A stretch of 64,000 bases of DNA. Source: TPA_inf: Saccharomyces. Lineage: Eukaryota. Under the pieces are notes generated by a model. The model was given only the letters and a program-made list of their open reading frames with translations, was not told where the DNA came from and searched no databases. The stretch is from the NCBI GenBank assembly GCA_000146045.2, contig BK006949.2, positions 96,001 to 160,000 of the forward strand. The letters run 5' to 3'. The translations under genes and the position numbers were made by a program. This document shows, one piece after another, positions 1 to 15,600 of the stretch. Every line of letters starts with the position of its first letter. Positions within the stretch are counted from its first letter, which is position 1.

Positions 1-274
<274 letters not shown>

Positions 275-495
275 TCAGTTATATTCTTAAGTATATTTCA
301 CGATTTCAGATTCTTCGCGTTTTGTATGACACACTAGACGCGTCGGAATAGTGAAAACTCTAAAAAAATACATTGTAATGTTTTACCCAGTTATTTCCAT
401 GCAGATGCCCTATTTACATACTTATTTATTCATTCGAATACCTATACGTTATATTATGTTTTGTTTATAACCTATTCAAGGCCATGATGTTCTAC

Positions 496-2670
<2,175 letters not shown>

Positions 2671-2755
2671 CTATCAGGTATGATTTCTTGAACTCTAATA
2701 CAGCGGGAAGAAATGAGGAGGTCACAGATGTTAAGAATTGAAGGGATAAGCTGCA

Positions 2756-2764
2756 TATTTATAT
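2756..2764 (-). promoter_or_regulatory. HSP82: Candidate HSP82 TATA element (rc CATATAAATATG)
   Basis: ATATAAA on the minus strand about 130 nt upstream of the HSP82 ATG. Confidence 0.45.
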
Positions 2765-2841
2765 GTTTTAGGGGGTGGCGGAAGGACCTGGTTGGTATTA
2801 AGATGAGAATTAACCGCTCATAAAACCATGCGCGTGTTTTT

Positions 2842-2860
2842 CTTCCACGGCGTTCTAGAA
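2842..2860 (-). promoter_or_regulatory. HSP82: Heat-shock element HSE1 of HSP82 (TTCTAGAAcgccgtgGAA on the gene strand)
   Basis: Perfect inverted nTTCnnGAAn core TTCTAGAA with an additional in-phase GAA unit, about 220 nt upstream of the ATG. This matches the classic HSP82 HSE1 that I remember. Confidence 0.8.
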
Positions 2861-2867
2861 AAAAAAG

Positions 2868-2932
2868 AAAAATTCAAAAAGTTCTGCGAAACTCGAAAGA
2901 ACCAGAATTGTTCGAACAATATGTGACAAGCG
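2868..2932 (-). promoter_or_regulatory. HSP82: Degenerate GAA/TTC-unit array upstream of HSE1 (likely HSE2/HSE3 low-affinity sites)
   Basis: gaaaaattcaaaaagttctgcgaaactcgaaagaaccagaattgttcgaac contains at least 8 GAA/TTC trinucleotides with imperfect 5-bp phasing. Confidence 0.4.
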
Positions 2933-3483
2933 TATGAGTTAATAATCCGATTAAGCTTTATTCCTGTTCTTTTTTACGTGTATGTAAAACTGGTTTATGG
3001 ATTACTGTGTTGAGAGAGGGGGGGTGACACCCTCCGGAATGTGATATATCACACGCTTGCACGTTGGTTCATATCGTAACCACGAAGAATACAAATACGC
3101 ACACGCAAGCTAAGTTATATTTTAAAATATTCTGTCATCAAGCTTCCAAATACTTCTAACCATCTCTTATTCTCCTCTTAGTAGCCATTCTTTGCCACGA
3201 GGAATAAAAAGTCCCGCGCCACTAATTACAGGAAAAGAAAAATAGGACAATTCCATTTGATGTCACCGTGGTAATATCACCATGAACGATGATATGAAAT
3301 TTTCATAGAATAAGAAGGAAAAGTAATAAAAGAAAAAGAGAATCTGAGAAAAAATCGATGAGTTAATTATCATTTGTGTAAAACAAAAACGAATTGTAAT
3401 ACGATAGGCAAAATTGTTCGCGCTCTATCTCAAAGAAAGTAATTATTTCCAAATAGAAAAAAAAAATCTACATATACGCAGAT

Positions 3484-4086
3484 ATGGGCCTACACAGTGA
3501 ACCGTTAGATCAAGAGGACCAAGACACCATAATACTCGATGCAAGAGCTGGCGATTTGGATTCTCTGAAAGATATATTTACAACTTTAGTCAGTCCCGAG
3601 TTACTTTCGACTTGTAAGGAAAGTGAATCTGATTCTACGGCTTTACATATGGCTGCTGCCAACGGTCATATAGAGACCGTTCGGTATATACTGGAGACGG
3701 TTTCTCGCGCAAATAGTGCCGAAGACTTGAAAGCTTTTGTTAATGAGGTGAACAAAACAGGCAACACGGCTTTACATTGGGCGTCGTTGAATGGCAAATT
3801 AGACGTGGTCAAGCTACTGTGTGATGAATATGAGGCAGACCCCTTTATTAGAAACAAATTCGGCCACGATGCTATCTTTGAGGCCGAGAACAGCGGGAAG
3901 GAAGAAGTGGAAACATACTTTTTGAAGAAGTATGATGTCGAACCTGAAGATGATGAAGAAGACACACAAACTGAGGGCAAGAATTCGGTCCAAATCACAA
4001 AGGGTACAGAAATTGAACAAGTCACCAAGGAAGCCACCGAGGCTTTAAGAGAAGAAACCGAGAAACTGAATATAAATAAAGACTAA
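3484..4086 (+). CDS. YAR1: Ankyrin-repeat protein, Rps3 chaperone (200 aa)
   Basis: 200-aa ORF with two ankyrin repeats (TALHMAAANGHIETVRYIL; NTALHWASLNGKLDVVKLL) and an acidic C-terminus. Position matches YPL239W. Confidence 0.88.
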   Translation: MGLHSEPLDQEDQDTIILDARAGDLDSLKDIFTTLVSPELLSTCKESESDSTALHMAAANGHIETVRYILETVSRANSAEDLKAFVNEVNKTGNTALHWASLNGKLDVVKLLCDEYEADPFIRNKFGHDAIFEAENSGKEEVETYFLKKYDVEPEDDEEDTQTEGKNSVQITKGTEIEQVTKEATEALREETEKLNINKD

Positions 4087-4495
4087 AGTAAAGAGCTTGT
4101 TTTCTTCGTGGAATAAAAGCCGTAATATCCATTGAGCATGATATTTTATTTCTTGGTACCGGAGAAGATAAAAGGATGGAACCAGCAGAAATGCATTAAT
4201 AAATACAAAAAATTTAGAAAAGAGTTACAGTAATAATGTATATTTCTCTCACAAACTAAGTAACCGCTTCAAAAGCGTATATTTTGAATGCATTGAACTT
4301 TCCATTTCATTACCCGCAGAGCCGGAGTCCTCATCAACGACGGAGTGAAAAATTTTGTAATTGCGAGAAAAAGTGAAATTGATGGAAAAAAAGAAAAAGA
4401 AAGTAGAAGAAGACATTATAAGAGAGACTAGGAAACTTCTTGCACATCAACCGAAAAGCGCCTAGGCAACCAGTCATATAATAAGCACGCACGAG

Positions 4496-5353
4496 ATGTC
4501 CTCCGATTTAGCTGCTGAGTTAGGATTCGACCCTGCACTAAAGAAGAAAAAGAAGACTAAGAAGGTGATCCCAGATGATTTTGATGCTGCCGTAAACGGC
4601 AAAGAAAATGGTTCAGGAGATGATTTATTTGCCGGATTAAAAAAGAAAAAGAAGAAGTCCAAGAGCGTTTCTGCCGATGCTGAAGCTGAAAAAGAGCCTA
4701 CTGACGACATAGCAGAAGCCTTGGGTGAACTATCCTTGAAGAAGAAAAAGAAAAAGACAAAGGACAGCAGTGTAGACGCGTTTGAGAAAGAACTAGCTAA
4801 AGCTGGTCTAGATAATGTGGATGCTGAAAGCAAAGAAGGCACTCCAAGTGCTAATTCCAGCATTCAACAAGAAGTTGGCCTACCTTATTCAGAGTTATTA
4901 TCTAGATTTTTCAATATTCTAAGAACTAACAATCCAGAACTTGCTGGTGATAGAAGTGGTCCAAAGTTCAGAATTCCTCCTCCTGTTTGTTTGCGTGATG
5001 GTAAGAAGACTATTTTCTCGAATATCCAAGATATCGCCGAAAAATTGCATAGATCTCCGGAACATTTGATTCAATATCTCTTCGCAGAATTAGGTACGTC
5101 CGGTTCTGTTGACGGTCAGAAAAGATTAGTCATTAAGGGTAAGTTTCAATCCAAACAAATGGAGAATGTCTTAAGAAGATACATTTTGGAGTATGTCACT
5201 TGTAAAACTTGTAAGAGTATTAACACCGAATTGAAGAGAGAACAGTCAAACAGACTGTTCTTTATGGTCTGTAAAAGTTGTGGTTCTACCAGATCCGTCT
5301 CTTCTATTAAAACCGGTTTCCAAGCTACCGTTGGTAAGAGAAGGAGAATGTGA
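4496..5353 (+). CDS. SUI3: Translation initiation factor eIF2 beta subunit (285 aa)
   Basis: Three lysine boxes ([24 protein letters not shown]) encoded by AAG/AAA runs near 4540, 4640 and 4740, plus a C-terminal C2-C2 zinc ribbon CKTCKS...CKSCGS. Confidence 0.95.
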   Translation: MSSDLAAELGFDPALKKKKKTKKVIPDDFDAAVNGKENGSGDDLFAGLKKKKKKSKSVSADAEAEKEPTDDIAEALGELSLKKKKKKTKDSSVDAFEKELAKAGLDNVDAESKEGTPSANSSIQQEVGLPYSELLSRFFNILRTNNPELAGDRSGPKFRIPPPVCLRDGKKTIFSNIQDIAEKLHRSPEHLIQYLFAELGTSGSVDGQKRLVIKGKFQSKQMENVLRRYILEYVTCKTCKSINTELKREQSNRLFFMVCKSCGSTRSVSSIKTGFQATVGKRRRM

Positions 5354-5607
5354 TGTTGGTGCTTTACCTGTTAGCATATATATAATAAATACGGATTTCG
5401 TTTATCTTGTGTATTTTATTCGTTTCATTAGATATTTAATGTTTAAATGAAGAAAAACTTAAAGTAAAAATTTTCATTCACAAAATAAATCTAAACAGCG
5501 GTAGGTAATCTTCATTGATCAGAGTGAACACATTGCATGGAGCCAGCCAATCATCGTGTCCTGTTTACTTCCCAAGGACAGGAAAAAGCTTTGAGAAGCA
5601 AAACCGA

Positions 5608-6702
5608 TCAAGTGTCTAAATCTTGTAAAAGATTTAATAATTGGCTGGTAGTAGGCCTTTGTATAGGATCCACTTGAATGCATTTCTTGATTACACTCAA
5701 AAGCCCCTCAGAAAATCTGGAATTTCTCGGGAAACTGTACTTACCAGTGTTTATAGCGTAGGTTAAAGAAGCTCCATGTATCTGCTCTTCTCGCTCAAAG
5801 GGGGAGATACCGAACATTAAAGTATAGAACGTACAACCCAAAGACCAAATATCAACCTTAGAGCTCAAAACCTGATTTAATTTCAAGTTCAGAAGTTCTG
5901 GTGGAGTATATGGCAACGTACAATTGTCATTGACCCATTCTTGTAGTTCGCTGAGTTGATGTCTGTTTTCAATTGTTATATCAGCTTGAGAGCAGGAGCC
6001 GAGGTCACCAATTACTGGTAAACCGTCTGAAGAGAACAAAATGTTTGAAGGTGTAATATCGCGATGTGCATATGCTATTGAACCTGCTGAGTTGGAGGAA
6101 AGCATGTCCATCTCTAAGGGGGTGTCTTCTAGGAGCATCGCCGTTTCATCGCTATAAGTCATAGAAACCGCATCGACATTTACTCTGGAAGTAGCGTTAT
6201 CTTGTCTTGACGCAGGATCATGTAAACAAAGTAAACCTCTTGTAACTCCAAGCATTATCCTTACGCATTCTGCCTCTGATACAAAGGTGCCCTCGAGTAA
6301 CCTCCGATTAATAGAGTCTTGTAAACTCCCTAATGAATAATAGGGTAGTACTATGTAAATTGTTTTTGACCCATCTTTTTCCTGCATTACTTGTGAGTCG
6401 ATACTTTTTATAACATAAGGACTTTGAAACCGTTTGTAATTTTCAATTTCTCGCATACCATTGGATATACTTTCCACACTAGGACAAATAATCTTCTTTA
6501 GTGCGTATAATTCTGGTGTTGCGATGCCGTTGTCTATAATCAGAGAATTCTTTGACAGTTGTACCAAATACACAAAGGACATTCCACCTTCTCCAAGTAG
6601 TCGTTGAATCCTATATCGTTTATCATTTACCCTAATAGTAGCATCGGAAAATCCGCGACAGCAGCACAAGTTCTGGAACAATTCCAATACAATAGAAATC
6701 AT
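5608..6702 (-). CDS. ENV7: Palmitoylated vacuolar-membrane Ser/Thr protein kinase (364 aa)
   Basis: Kinase domain (LGEGGMSFVY...HRDITPSNILF...DLGS) with an N-terminal CCC palmitoylation motif. The open frame extends 7 codons further to an ATG at 6723; I chose the start that gives the 364-aa length I recall. Confidence 0.8.
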   Translation of the reverse strand: MISIVLELFQNLCCCRGFSDATIRVNDKRYRIQRLLGEGGMSFVYLVQLSKNSLIIDNGIATPELYALKKIICPSVESISNGMREIENYKRFQSPYVIKSIDSQVMQEKDGSKTIYIVLPYYSLGSLQDSINRRLLEGTFVSEAECVRIMLGVTRGLLCLHDPASRQDNATSRVNVDAVSMTYSDETAMLLEDTPLEMDMLSSNSAGSIAYAHRDITPSNILFSSDGLPVIGDLGSCSQADITIENRHQLSELQEWVNDNCTLPYTPPELLNLKLNQVLSSKVDIWSLGCTFYTLMFGISPFEREEQIHGASLTYAINTGKYSFPRNSRFSEGLLSVIKKCIQVDPIQRPTTSQLLNLLQDLDT

Positions 6703-7207
6703 TGATCGGATAAGATGGTACAATCGTTATTTTATCCCTAGTCAGTCGCTGAGATTACAGGCTCTTTTTGTCTACTCTCTGTTTCGTCTTTTTGGAGAAA
6801 GTATGGTTCAACATCTTACAAAACCAGATACCGAAAATGTCCCTAACTCGGTGTCATAAGACAGGACTTATCAAAACAGAAAGGATCTTGCAAAAAAGAA
6901 AAAGAGCAAATTATGTAAACTTTGGGGGTCAACACAGTTGTATCAGTCGTATTGGTTAGACCCAATATAGCGGTTTTCTTTACTTCTTTGTTTCTACACT
7001 TATTAAAGTCTATTTAACTCCCTTTCACGTGATCAGTTTGAAAGAAACGTGAAAATTATTTTTTTCAGCGAACTTTTTGAAGGTTTTCAATAGAAGATGA
7101 AAGCTAAATGAAGACTGTACATTCACACGGGAAACGAGAGAAAGAAGTTCAGTTAGTTGAAGCCAGCAATACTACTTTCTCTAGCAGTCTAGCACAAGTT
7201 ACTTTGA

Positions 7208-8647
<1,440 letters not shown>

Positions 8648-8945
8648 GCATTTTGTACTTTAAGGCAGAAATTGCATCAAATATATATGTATAAATAAAA
8701 ATTTTATGTTTGCGTGATTGTTGGTGATAAGAAGTAAAAAAGTACACCTAAAATAGGCAGCAGTTGGCCAGCACGTTCAGAACCCCGTATGATATACCTT
8801 CTTTCGAATAATTATCGATTATCAAATGTATAGATAGCAGTATTATAATATATACTATATTCTATACATATATGAAGGGGGTTGGTGCGTGTATATGAGA
8901 AAAAATTTTTTTATTGTAATTATTTTTTTTTTTTAAACTTTTGAC

Positions 8946-9440
8946 TCATTCAGAGCCTCTAGTGTTCAAAATCAAAGCTACAATCATACCATATAACCCT
9001 AAAACTTCAGAGAAAATTAGAATCAAAACGATACCGACAAAAAGCCTTGGTTGGTGCATATACTTTCTAACACCAACGTCACCGACCATACCAATGGCGT
9101 AGCCACTACTCAAACAGGCAAATCCCACACAGAGCCCACAACTCAAGTGCATGAACCCATTGAAGAGAGTATAGTCTTCGGTAGGAGATAAATTACCTGC
9201 AATTAAAACGGCCACAACAAGCCCATAAATGGCTAAGATACCACTCATAACCACAGGAATCAAAGACTTCATGATCAATTCCGGCTTGAAAGTACCTATA
9301 CCGGCGATACCAATACCTGACTTAGCTGTACCAATGGCAGCTCCCAAACAGGAAAGCACCATGGCAGCTGCACAACCTGCGAACCCGAAAAAGGGAGCGT
9401 ACAATGGAGCATATATGTTACTTGCGAGTTGCGTTGACAT
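8946..9440 (-). CDS. VMA11: V-ATPase V0 proteolipid subunit c' (164 aa)
   Basis: Four-helix glycine-rich proteolipid ([17 protein letters not shown] ... essential E in [12 protein letters not shown]), length 164 aa. Confidence 0.93.
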
Positions 9441-10171
9441 GTTTACAGAGAATAATAGAATGGACCCTTTCCTCCTCCGACTCTTGCTTTGCTATATTTA
9501 TTTTTTTTTTTCTTACGAGTAAAGAAGAAAATATTAGGTTATCTATGTTCCTTTTTCTAACTAATCACTCTTTCACTAAAGAATATTTCTTAGCAAAAAT
9601 ATGCGTACCTGCGTACCGGGTAAAAAGTCGCATTGTCCAAGTGCTGCTGCTTTTACGCAAAAGAACACATCTAACCGAAGAGGAATAAGCAGACCTGAAC
9701 AATACCAAATAAAGAAGTTACTTCTTCTTTATCACCATTTTGACAGGTTTCTACATTTTTTTTTCCGTAGAGGGAAAACATATAAAAGCAGTCCAGTAAT
9801 TGCTTGCTTTTTGAAATGGCTCTTTAAGCCTGAAAGCACAAGACGATTAGTGATATAGATAATATATACACAGATACACATGTACGTACATAAGTACTGA
9901 TTTAGGCTGCAACCTTTTACCTGGCTCAACTGACACGAATATTTTGTTATCAGCCAAAATAAACGTTCATGATATATAGTGAGAAAAAAAGATCGATGGG
10001 ACGACTCGCGGCCATTCCTTGTGCGTGCAGGAATCAAGAAAATAAACAAACCGGTACAGTACAATAAGCAGGCTGAGTAGGCGGAAAAAGTTTTATTCAG
10101 ACGTGTACCGGAGCCTAAATCCTTTCTTACCCATAGCAACCACACTAAATATATTATTGTAACACGAGAAG

Positions 10172-10822
10172 ATGTCACAAGGTCAGTCCAAAAAACTGGA
10201 CGTAACTGTTGAGCAGCTTCGAAGTATATACCACCAGTTTCATGATATCTTGGAAGAAAAAACTGATTTGCATCTACCGAAGAAAGAATACGACGATGAC
10301 GCTGTTAGGAGAGAGGTTCAGATACAGTTACAAGAATTTCTTTTGAGCGCTATGACGATGGCTTCGAAGTCACTAGAAGTTGTCAACGCCGACACGGTAG
10401 GAAAGACGGTAAAGCAATTGATCATGGAATCACAAGAGAAGTACATGGAGCCCTTTGACCTTGACCTGAATGAGCAAGTTAGAAAGATGTACCAAGAGTG
10501 GGAAGACGAAACCGTTAAGGTGGCCCAGTTGAGGCAAACGGGGCCTGCAAAAATCAACGAAGTTTACAACAACTCAAAGGATGAGTATTTGGCACAATTG
10601 GATGGGAGAATCGGCGTTCTTCAAGCTAGAATGATGCAGCAACAATCTGCTGACCATGATGATAGTACCGACGATGCCGATGATCACATCAACTGGGAGC
10701 ACATCAAGCAGGATTACGTTGCCTCACTCAATGAATTGTATCAAACACAGCAAGACCTACCCAAGGTAAGATATAACGTTGAAAAGGTCAAGCGCTTAAT
10801 GGACTTCCTGGAGGAGGATTGA
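10172..10822 (+). CDS. NSL1: MIND (Mtw1) kinetochore complex subunit (216 aa)
   Basis: 216-aa coiled-coil acidic protein. Identified from the translation start MSQGQSKKLDVTVEQLRSIYHQFHD and from synteny (YPL233W). Confidence 0.78.
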   Translation: MSQGQSKKLDVTVEQLRSIYHQFHDILEEKTDLHLPKKEYDDDAVRREVQIQLQEFLLSAMTMASKSLEVVNADTVGKTVKQLIMESQEKYMEPFDLDLNEQVRKMYQEWEDETVKVAQLRQTGPAKINEVYNNSKDEYLAQLDGRIGVLQARMMQQQSADHDDSTDDADDHINWEHIKQDYVASLNELYQTQQDLPKVRYNVEKVKRLMDFLEED

Positions 10823-11274
10823 ATAAATAACATATAAGACAGTCAACCTCGTGGTAAATGATAACTATATTCTGGGGCTTTATTCATTTTTTTACACTTT
10901 TTTATCTTTGTACGAAGAGCTGAAAATAAAAAAGTATAGAGCCAGCCTTTTCCCACACACTAACGACAAAAGACGATATGCAGGCTGTGCGCATGGGGGA
11001 GAATCCAGTTTTTGCCCGTTAAAGAGAAAAAATTAGTGTCTGTGAAACGCGAATACAAAAAAAGAAAAGTAGCAGGATCTTACTTCTCGTAAAGACGTCA
11101 AGAACCAAATCAAGTCAAATCGTGGAAGTTACAAGGGGAAAGACCAATAACTTTTAGTAAAGAACAAAGAAAGGTCTATCTCACGCAGTGACGGTCTTTG
11201 CGGTAAATCTGTGTATACTTGAAAGAAAACCCTTTTACAATTAAAAAAGGCAATTAAAAATAGAAACAAATCAA

Positions 11275-12147
11275 ATGAGTTATAATAATCCGTACCAGTT
11301 GGAAACCCCTTTTGAAGAGTCATACGAGTTGGACGAAGGTTCGAGCGCTATCGGTGCTGAAGGCCACGATTTCGTGGGCTTCATGAATAAGATCAGTCAA
11401 ATCAATCGCGATCTCGATAAGTACGACCATACCATCAACCAGGTCGATTCTTTGCATAAGAGGCTACTGACCGAAGTTAATGAGGAGCAAGCAAGTCACT
11501 TAAGGCACTCCCTGGACAACTTCGTCGCACAAGCCACGGACTTGCAGTTCAAACTGAAAAATGAGATTAAAAGTGCCCAAAGGGATGGGATACATGACAC
11601 CAACAAGCAAGCTCAGGCGGAAAACTCCAGACAAAGATTTTTGAAGCTTATCCAGGACTACAGAATTGTGGATTCCAACTACAAGGAGGAGAATAAAGAG
11701 CAAGCCAAGAGGCAGTATATGATCATTCAACCAGAGGCCACCGAAGATGAAGTTGAAGCAGCCATAAGCGATGTAGGGGGCCAGCAGATCTTCTCACAAG
11801 CATTGTTGAATGCTAACAGACGTGGGGAAGCCAAGACTGCTCTTGCGGAAGTCCAGGCAAGGCACCAAGAGTTATTGAAACTAGAAAAATCCATGGCAGA
11901 ACTTACTCAATTGTTTAATGACATGGAAGAACTGGTAATAGAACAACAAGAAAACGTAGACGTCATCGACAAGAACGTTGAAGACGCTCAACTCGACGTA
12001 GAACAGGGTGTCGGTCATACCGATAAAGCCGTCAAGAGTGCCAGAAAAGCAAGAAAGAACAAGATTAGATGTTGGTTGATTGTATTCGCCATCATTGTAG
12101 TCGTTGTTGTTGTCGTTGTTGTCCCAGCCGTTGTCAAAACGCGTTAA
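11275..12147 (+). CDS. SSO1: Plasma-membrane t-SNARE syntaxin (290 aa)
   Basis: Habc region plus a SNARE motif (…ELTQLFNDMEELVIEQQENVDVID…) and a C-terminal tail anchor IVFAIIVVVVVVVVVPAVV encoded by a GTY GTT repeat at 12088-12120. Confidence 0.92.
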   Translation: MSYNNPYQLETPFEESYELDEGSSAIGAEGHDFVGFMNKISQINRDLDKYDHTINQVDSLHKRLLTEVNEEQASHLRHSLDNFVAQATDLQFKLKNEIKSAQRDGIHDTNKQAQAENSRQRFLKLIQDYRIVDSNYKEENKEQAKRQYMIIQPEATEDEVEAAISDVGGQQIFSQALLNANRRGEAKTALAEVQARHQELLKLEKSMAELTQLFNDMEELVIEQQENVDVIDKNVEDAQLDVEQGVGHTDKAVKSARKARKNKIRCWLIVFAIIVVVVVVVVVPAVVKTR

Positions 12148-12352
12148 TTCCAACTATTTTCTATATTTCTATTCTATCCGAACTCCCCTTTTGTATATCA
12201 ATATATCTTAATACTTTCGCCTATTCTTTACTATATTTCCTAAATTTTCTCTGGTCTGCAGGCCAAAAACAACAACTTACTACTGAATCATGGACGTGTA
12301 TTTAGTTTAGCCAAGCAATATTTAAATATCACTCTTCCTAAAAATACATTGG

Positions 12353-12359
12353 GCATTAC
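12353..12359 (+). promoter_or_regulatory. FAS2: Reb1-type TTACCCG motif in the FAS2 promoter
   Basis: Exact TTACCCG about 295 nt upstream of the FAS2 ATG. Confidence 0.35.
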
Positions 12360-12415
12360 CCGCAAACTAACCCATCGCTTAGCAAAATCCAACCATTTTT
12401 TTTTTATCTCCCGCG

Positions 12416-12426
12416 TTTTCACATGC
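12416..12426 (-). promoter_or_regulatory. FAS2: Inositol/choline-responsive element, an Ino2/Ino4 E-box (CATGTGAAAA core on the minus strand)
   Basis: TTTTCACATGC matches the ICRE consensus TYTTCACATGY about 230 nt upstream of the FAS2 ATG. FAS genes are known ICRE targets. Confidence 0.6.
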
Positions 12427-12651
12427 TACCTCATTCGCCTCGTAACGTTACGACCGAAATCTCACTAAGGCACGGTTTGTTGGGCAGTTTACAGATGTTG
12501 GATAACCAGTTGTTTCTAAACGGTTATGCCTCATATATAACTTGTTAACTGAAGGTTACACAAGACCACATCACCACTGTCGTGCTTTTCTAATAACCGC
12601 TATATTAGACGTTTAAAGGGCTACAGCAACACCAATTGAAATACCATCATT

Positions 12652-15600
12652 ATGAAGCCGGAAGTTGAGCAAGAATTAGCTCATATTTTGCTAACTGAAT
12701 TGTTAGCTTATCAATTTGCCTCTCCTGTGAGATGGATTGAAACTCAAGATGTTTTTTTGAAGGATTTTAACACTGAAAGGGTTGTTGAAATCGGTCCTTC
12801 TCCAACTTTGGCTGGGATGGCTCAAAGAACCTTGAAGAATAAATACGAATCTTACGATGCTGCTCTGTCTTTACATAGAGAAATCTTATGCTATTCGAAG
12901 GATGCCAAAGAGATTTATTATACCCCAGATCCATCCGAACTAGCTGCAAAGGAAGAGCCCGCTAAGGAAGAAGCTCCTGCTCCAACTCCAGCTGCTAGTG
13001 CTCCTGCTCCTGCAGCAGCAGCCCCAGCTCCCGTCGCGGCAGCAGCCCCAGCTGCAGCAGCTGCTGAGATTGCCGATGAACCTGTCAAGGCTTCCCTATT
13101 GTTGCACGTTTTGGTTGCTCACAAGTTGAAGAAGTCGTTAGATTCCATTCCAATGTCCAAGACAATCAAAGACTTGGTCGGTGGTAAATCTACAGTCCAA
13201 AATGAAATTTTGGGTGATTTAGGTAAAGAATTTGGTACTACTCCTGAAAAACCAGAAGAAACTCCATTAGAAGAATTGGCAGAAACTTTCCAAGATACCT
13301 TCTCTGGAGCATTGGGTAAGCAATCTTCCTCGTTATTATCAAGATTAATCTCATCTAAGATGCCTGGTGGGTTTACTATTACTGTCGCTAGAAAATACTT
13401 ACAAACTCGCTGGGGACTACCATCTGGTAGACAAGATGGTGTCCTTTTGGTAGCTTTATCTAACGAGCCTGCTGCTCGTCTAGGTTCTGAAGCTGATGCC
13501 AAGGCTTTCTTGGACTCCATGGCTCAAAAATACGCTTCCATTGTTGGTGTTGACTTATCATCAGCTGCTAGCGCTAGTGGTGCTGCCGGTGCAGGTGCTG
13601 CTGCCGGTGCAGCTATGATCGATGCTGGCGCTCTGGAAGAAATAACCAAAGACCACAAGGTTTTGGCGCGTCAACAACTGCAAGTATTGGCTCGTTATCT
13701 AAAAATGGACTTGGATAACGGTGAAAGAAAGTTCTTGAAAGAAAAGGACACTGTTGCTGAACTTCAAGCTCAGTTGGATTACTTGAATGCCGAATTAGGT
13801 GAATTCTTTGTTAACGGTGTTGCTACTTCTTTCTCTAGAAAAAAGGCCAGAACCTTCGATTCTTCCTGGAACTGGGCTAAACAATCTTTATTATCATTAT
13901 ACTTTGAGATAATTCATGGTGTCTTGAAAAACGTTGATAGAGAGGTTGTTAGTGAAGCTATCAATATCATGAACAGATCTAACGATGCTTTGATTAAATT
14001 CATGGAATACCATATCTCTAACACTGATGAAACAAAAGGTGAAAACTATCAATTGGTTAAAACTCTTGGTGAGCAGTTGATTGAAAACTGTAAACAAGTT
14101 TTGGATGTTGATCCAGTTTACAAAGATGTTGCTAAGCCTACCGGTCCAAAAACTGCTATTGACAAGAACGGTAACATTACATACTCAGAAGAGCCAAGAG
14201 AAAAGGTTAGGAAATTATCTCAATACGTACAAGAAATGGCCCTTGGTGGTCCAATCACCAAAGAATCTCAACCTACTATTGAAGAGGATTTGACTCGTGT
14301 TTACAAGGCAATCAGTGCTCAAGCTGATAAACAAGATATTTCCAGCTCCACCAGGGTTGAATTTGAAAAACTATATAGTGATTTGATGAAGTTCTTGGAA
14401 AGCTCCAAAGAAATCGATCCTTCTCAAACAACCCAATTGGCCGGTATGGATGTTGAGGATGCTTTGGACAAAGATTCCACCAAAGAAGTTGCTTCTTTGC
14501 CAAACAAATCTACCATTTCTAAGACGGTATCTTCAACTATTCCAAGAGAAACTATTCCGTTCTTACATTTGAGAAAGAAGACTCCTGCCGGAGATTGGAA
14601 ATATGACCGCCAATTGTCTTCTCTTTTCTTAGATGGTTTAGAAAAGGCTGCCTTCAACGGTGTCACCTTCAAGGACAAATACGTCTTGATCACTGGTGCT
14701 GGTAAGGGTTCTATTGGTGCTGAAGTCTTGCAAGGTTTGTTACAAGGTGGTGCTAAGGTTGTTGTTACCACCTCTCGTTTCTCTAAGCAAGTTACAGACT
14801 ACTACCAATCCATTTACGCCAAATATGGTGCTAAGGGTTCTACTTTGATTGTTGTTCCATTCAACCAAGGTTCTAAGCAAGACGTTGAAGCTTTGATTGA
14901 ATTTATCTACGACACTGAAAAGAATGGTGGTTTAGGTTGGGATCTAGATGCTATTATTCCATTCGCGGCCATTCCAGAACAAGGTATTGAATTAGAACAT
15001 ATTGATTCTAAGTCTGAATTTGCTCATAGAATCATGTTGACCAATATCTTAAGAATGATGGGTTGTGTCAAGAAGCAAAAATCTGCAAGAGGTATTGAAA
15101 CAAGACCAGCTCAAGTCATTCTACCAATGTCTCCAAACCATGGTACTTTCGGTGGTGATGGTATGTATTCAGAATCCAAGTTGTCTTTGGAAACTTTGTT
15201 CAACAGATGGCACTCTGAATCCTGGGCCAATCAATTAACCGTTTGCGGTGCTATTATTGGTTGGACTAGAGGTACTGGTTTAATGAGCGCTAATAACATC
15301 ATTGCTGAAGGCATTGAAAAGATGGGTGTTCGTACTTTCTCTCAAAAGGAAATGGCTTTCAACTTATTGGGTCTATTGACTCCAGAAGTCGTAGAATTGT
15401 GCCAAAAATCACCTGTTATGGCTGACTTGAATGGTGGTTTGCAATTTGTTCCTGAATTGAAGGAATTCACTGCTAAATTGCGTAAAGAGTTGGTTGAAAC
15501 TTCTGAAGTTAGAAAGGCAGTTTCCATCGAAACTGCTTTGGAGCATAAGGTTGTCAATGGCAATAGCGCTGATGCTGCATATGCTCAAGTCGAAATTCAA

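Noticed and set aside
4474-4863. 129-aa minus-strand ORF overlapping the 5' end of SUI3 (corresponds to dubious ORF YPL238C)
   Set aside because: It is the antisense shadow of the SUI3 lysine boxes (poly-F/poly-K complement), low complexity, with no independent signals.
8700-8712. 10/11 match to the ARS consensus (TTTTATGTTTg) between the convergent RVB2 and VMA11 3' ends
   Set aside because: A single imperfect ACS in AT-rich DNA is expected by chance, and I saw no clear B-elements. I cannot call an origin without replication data.
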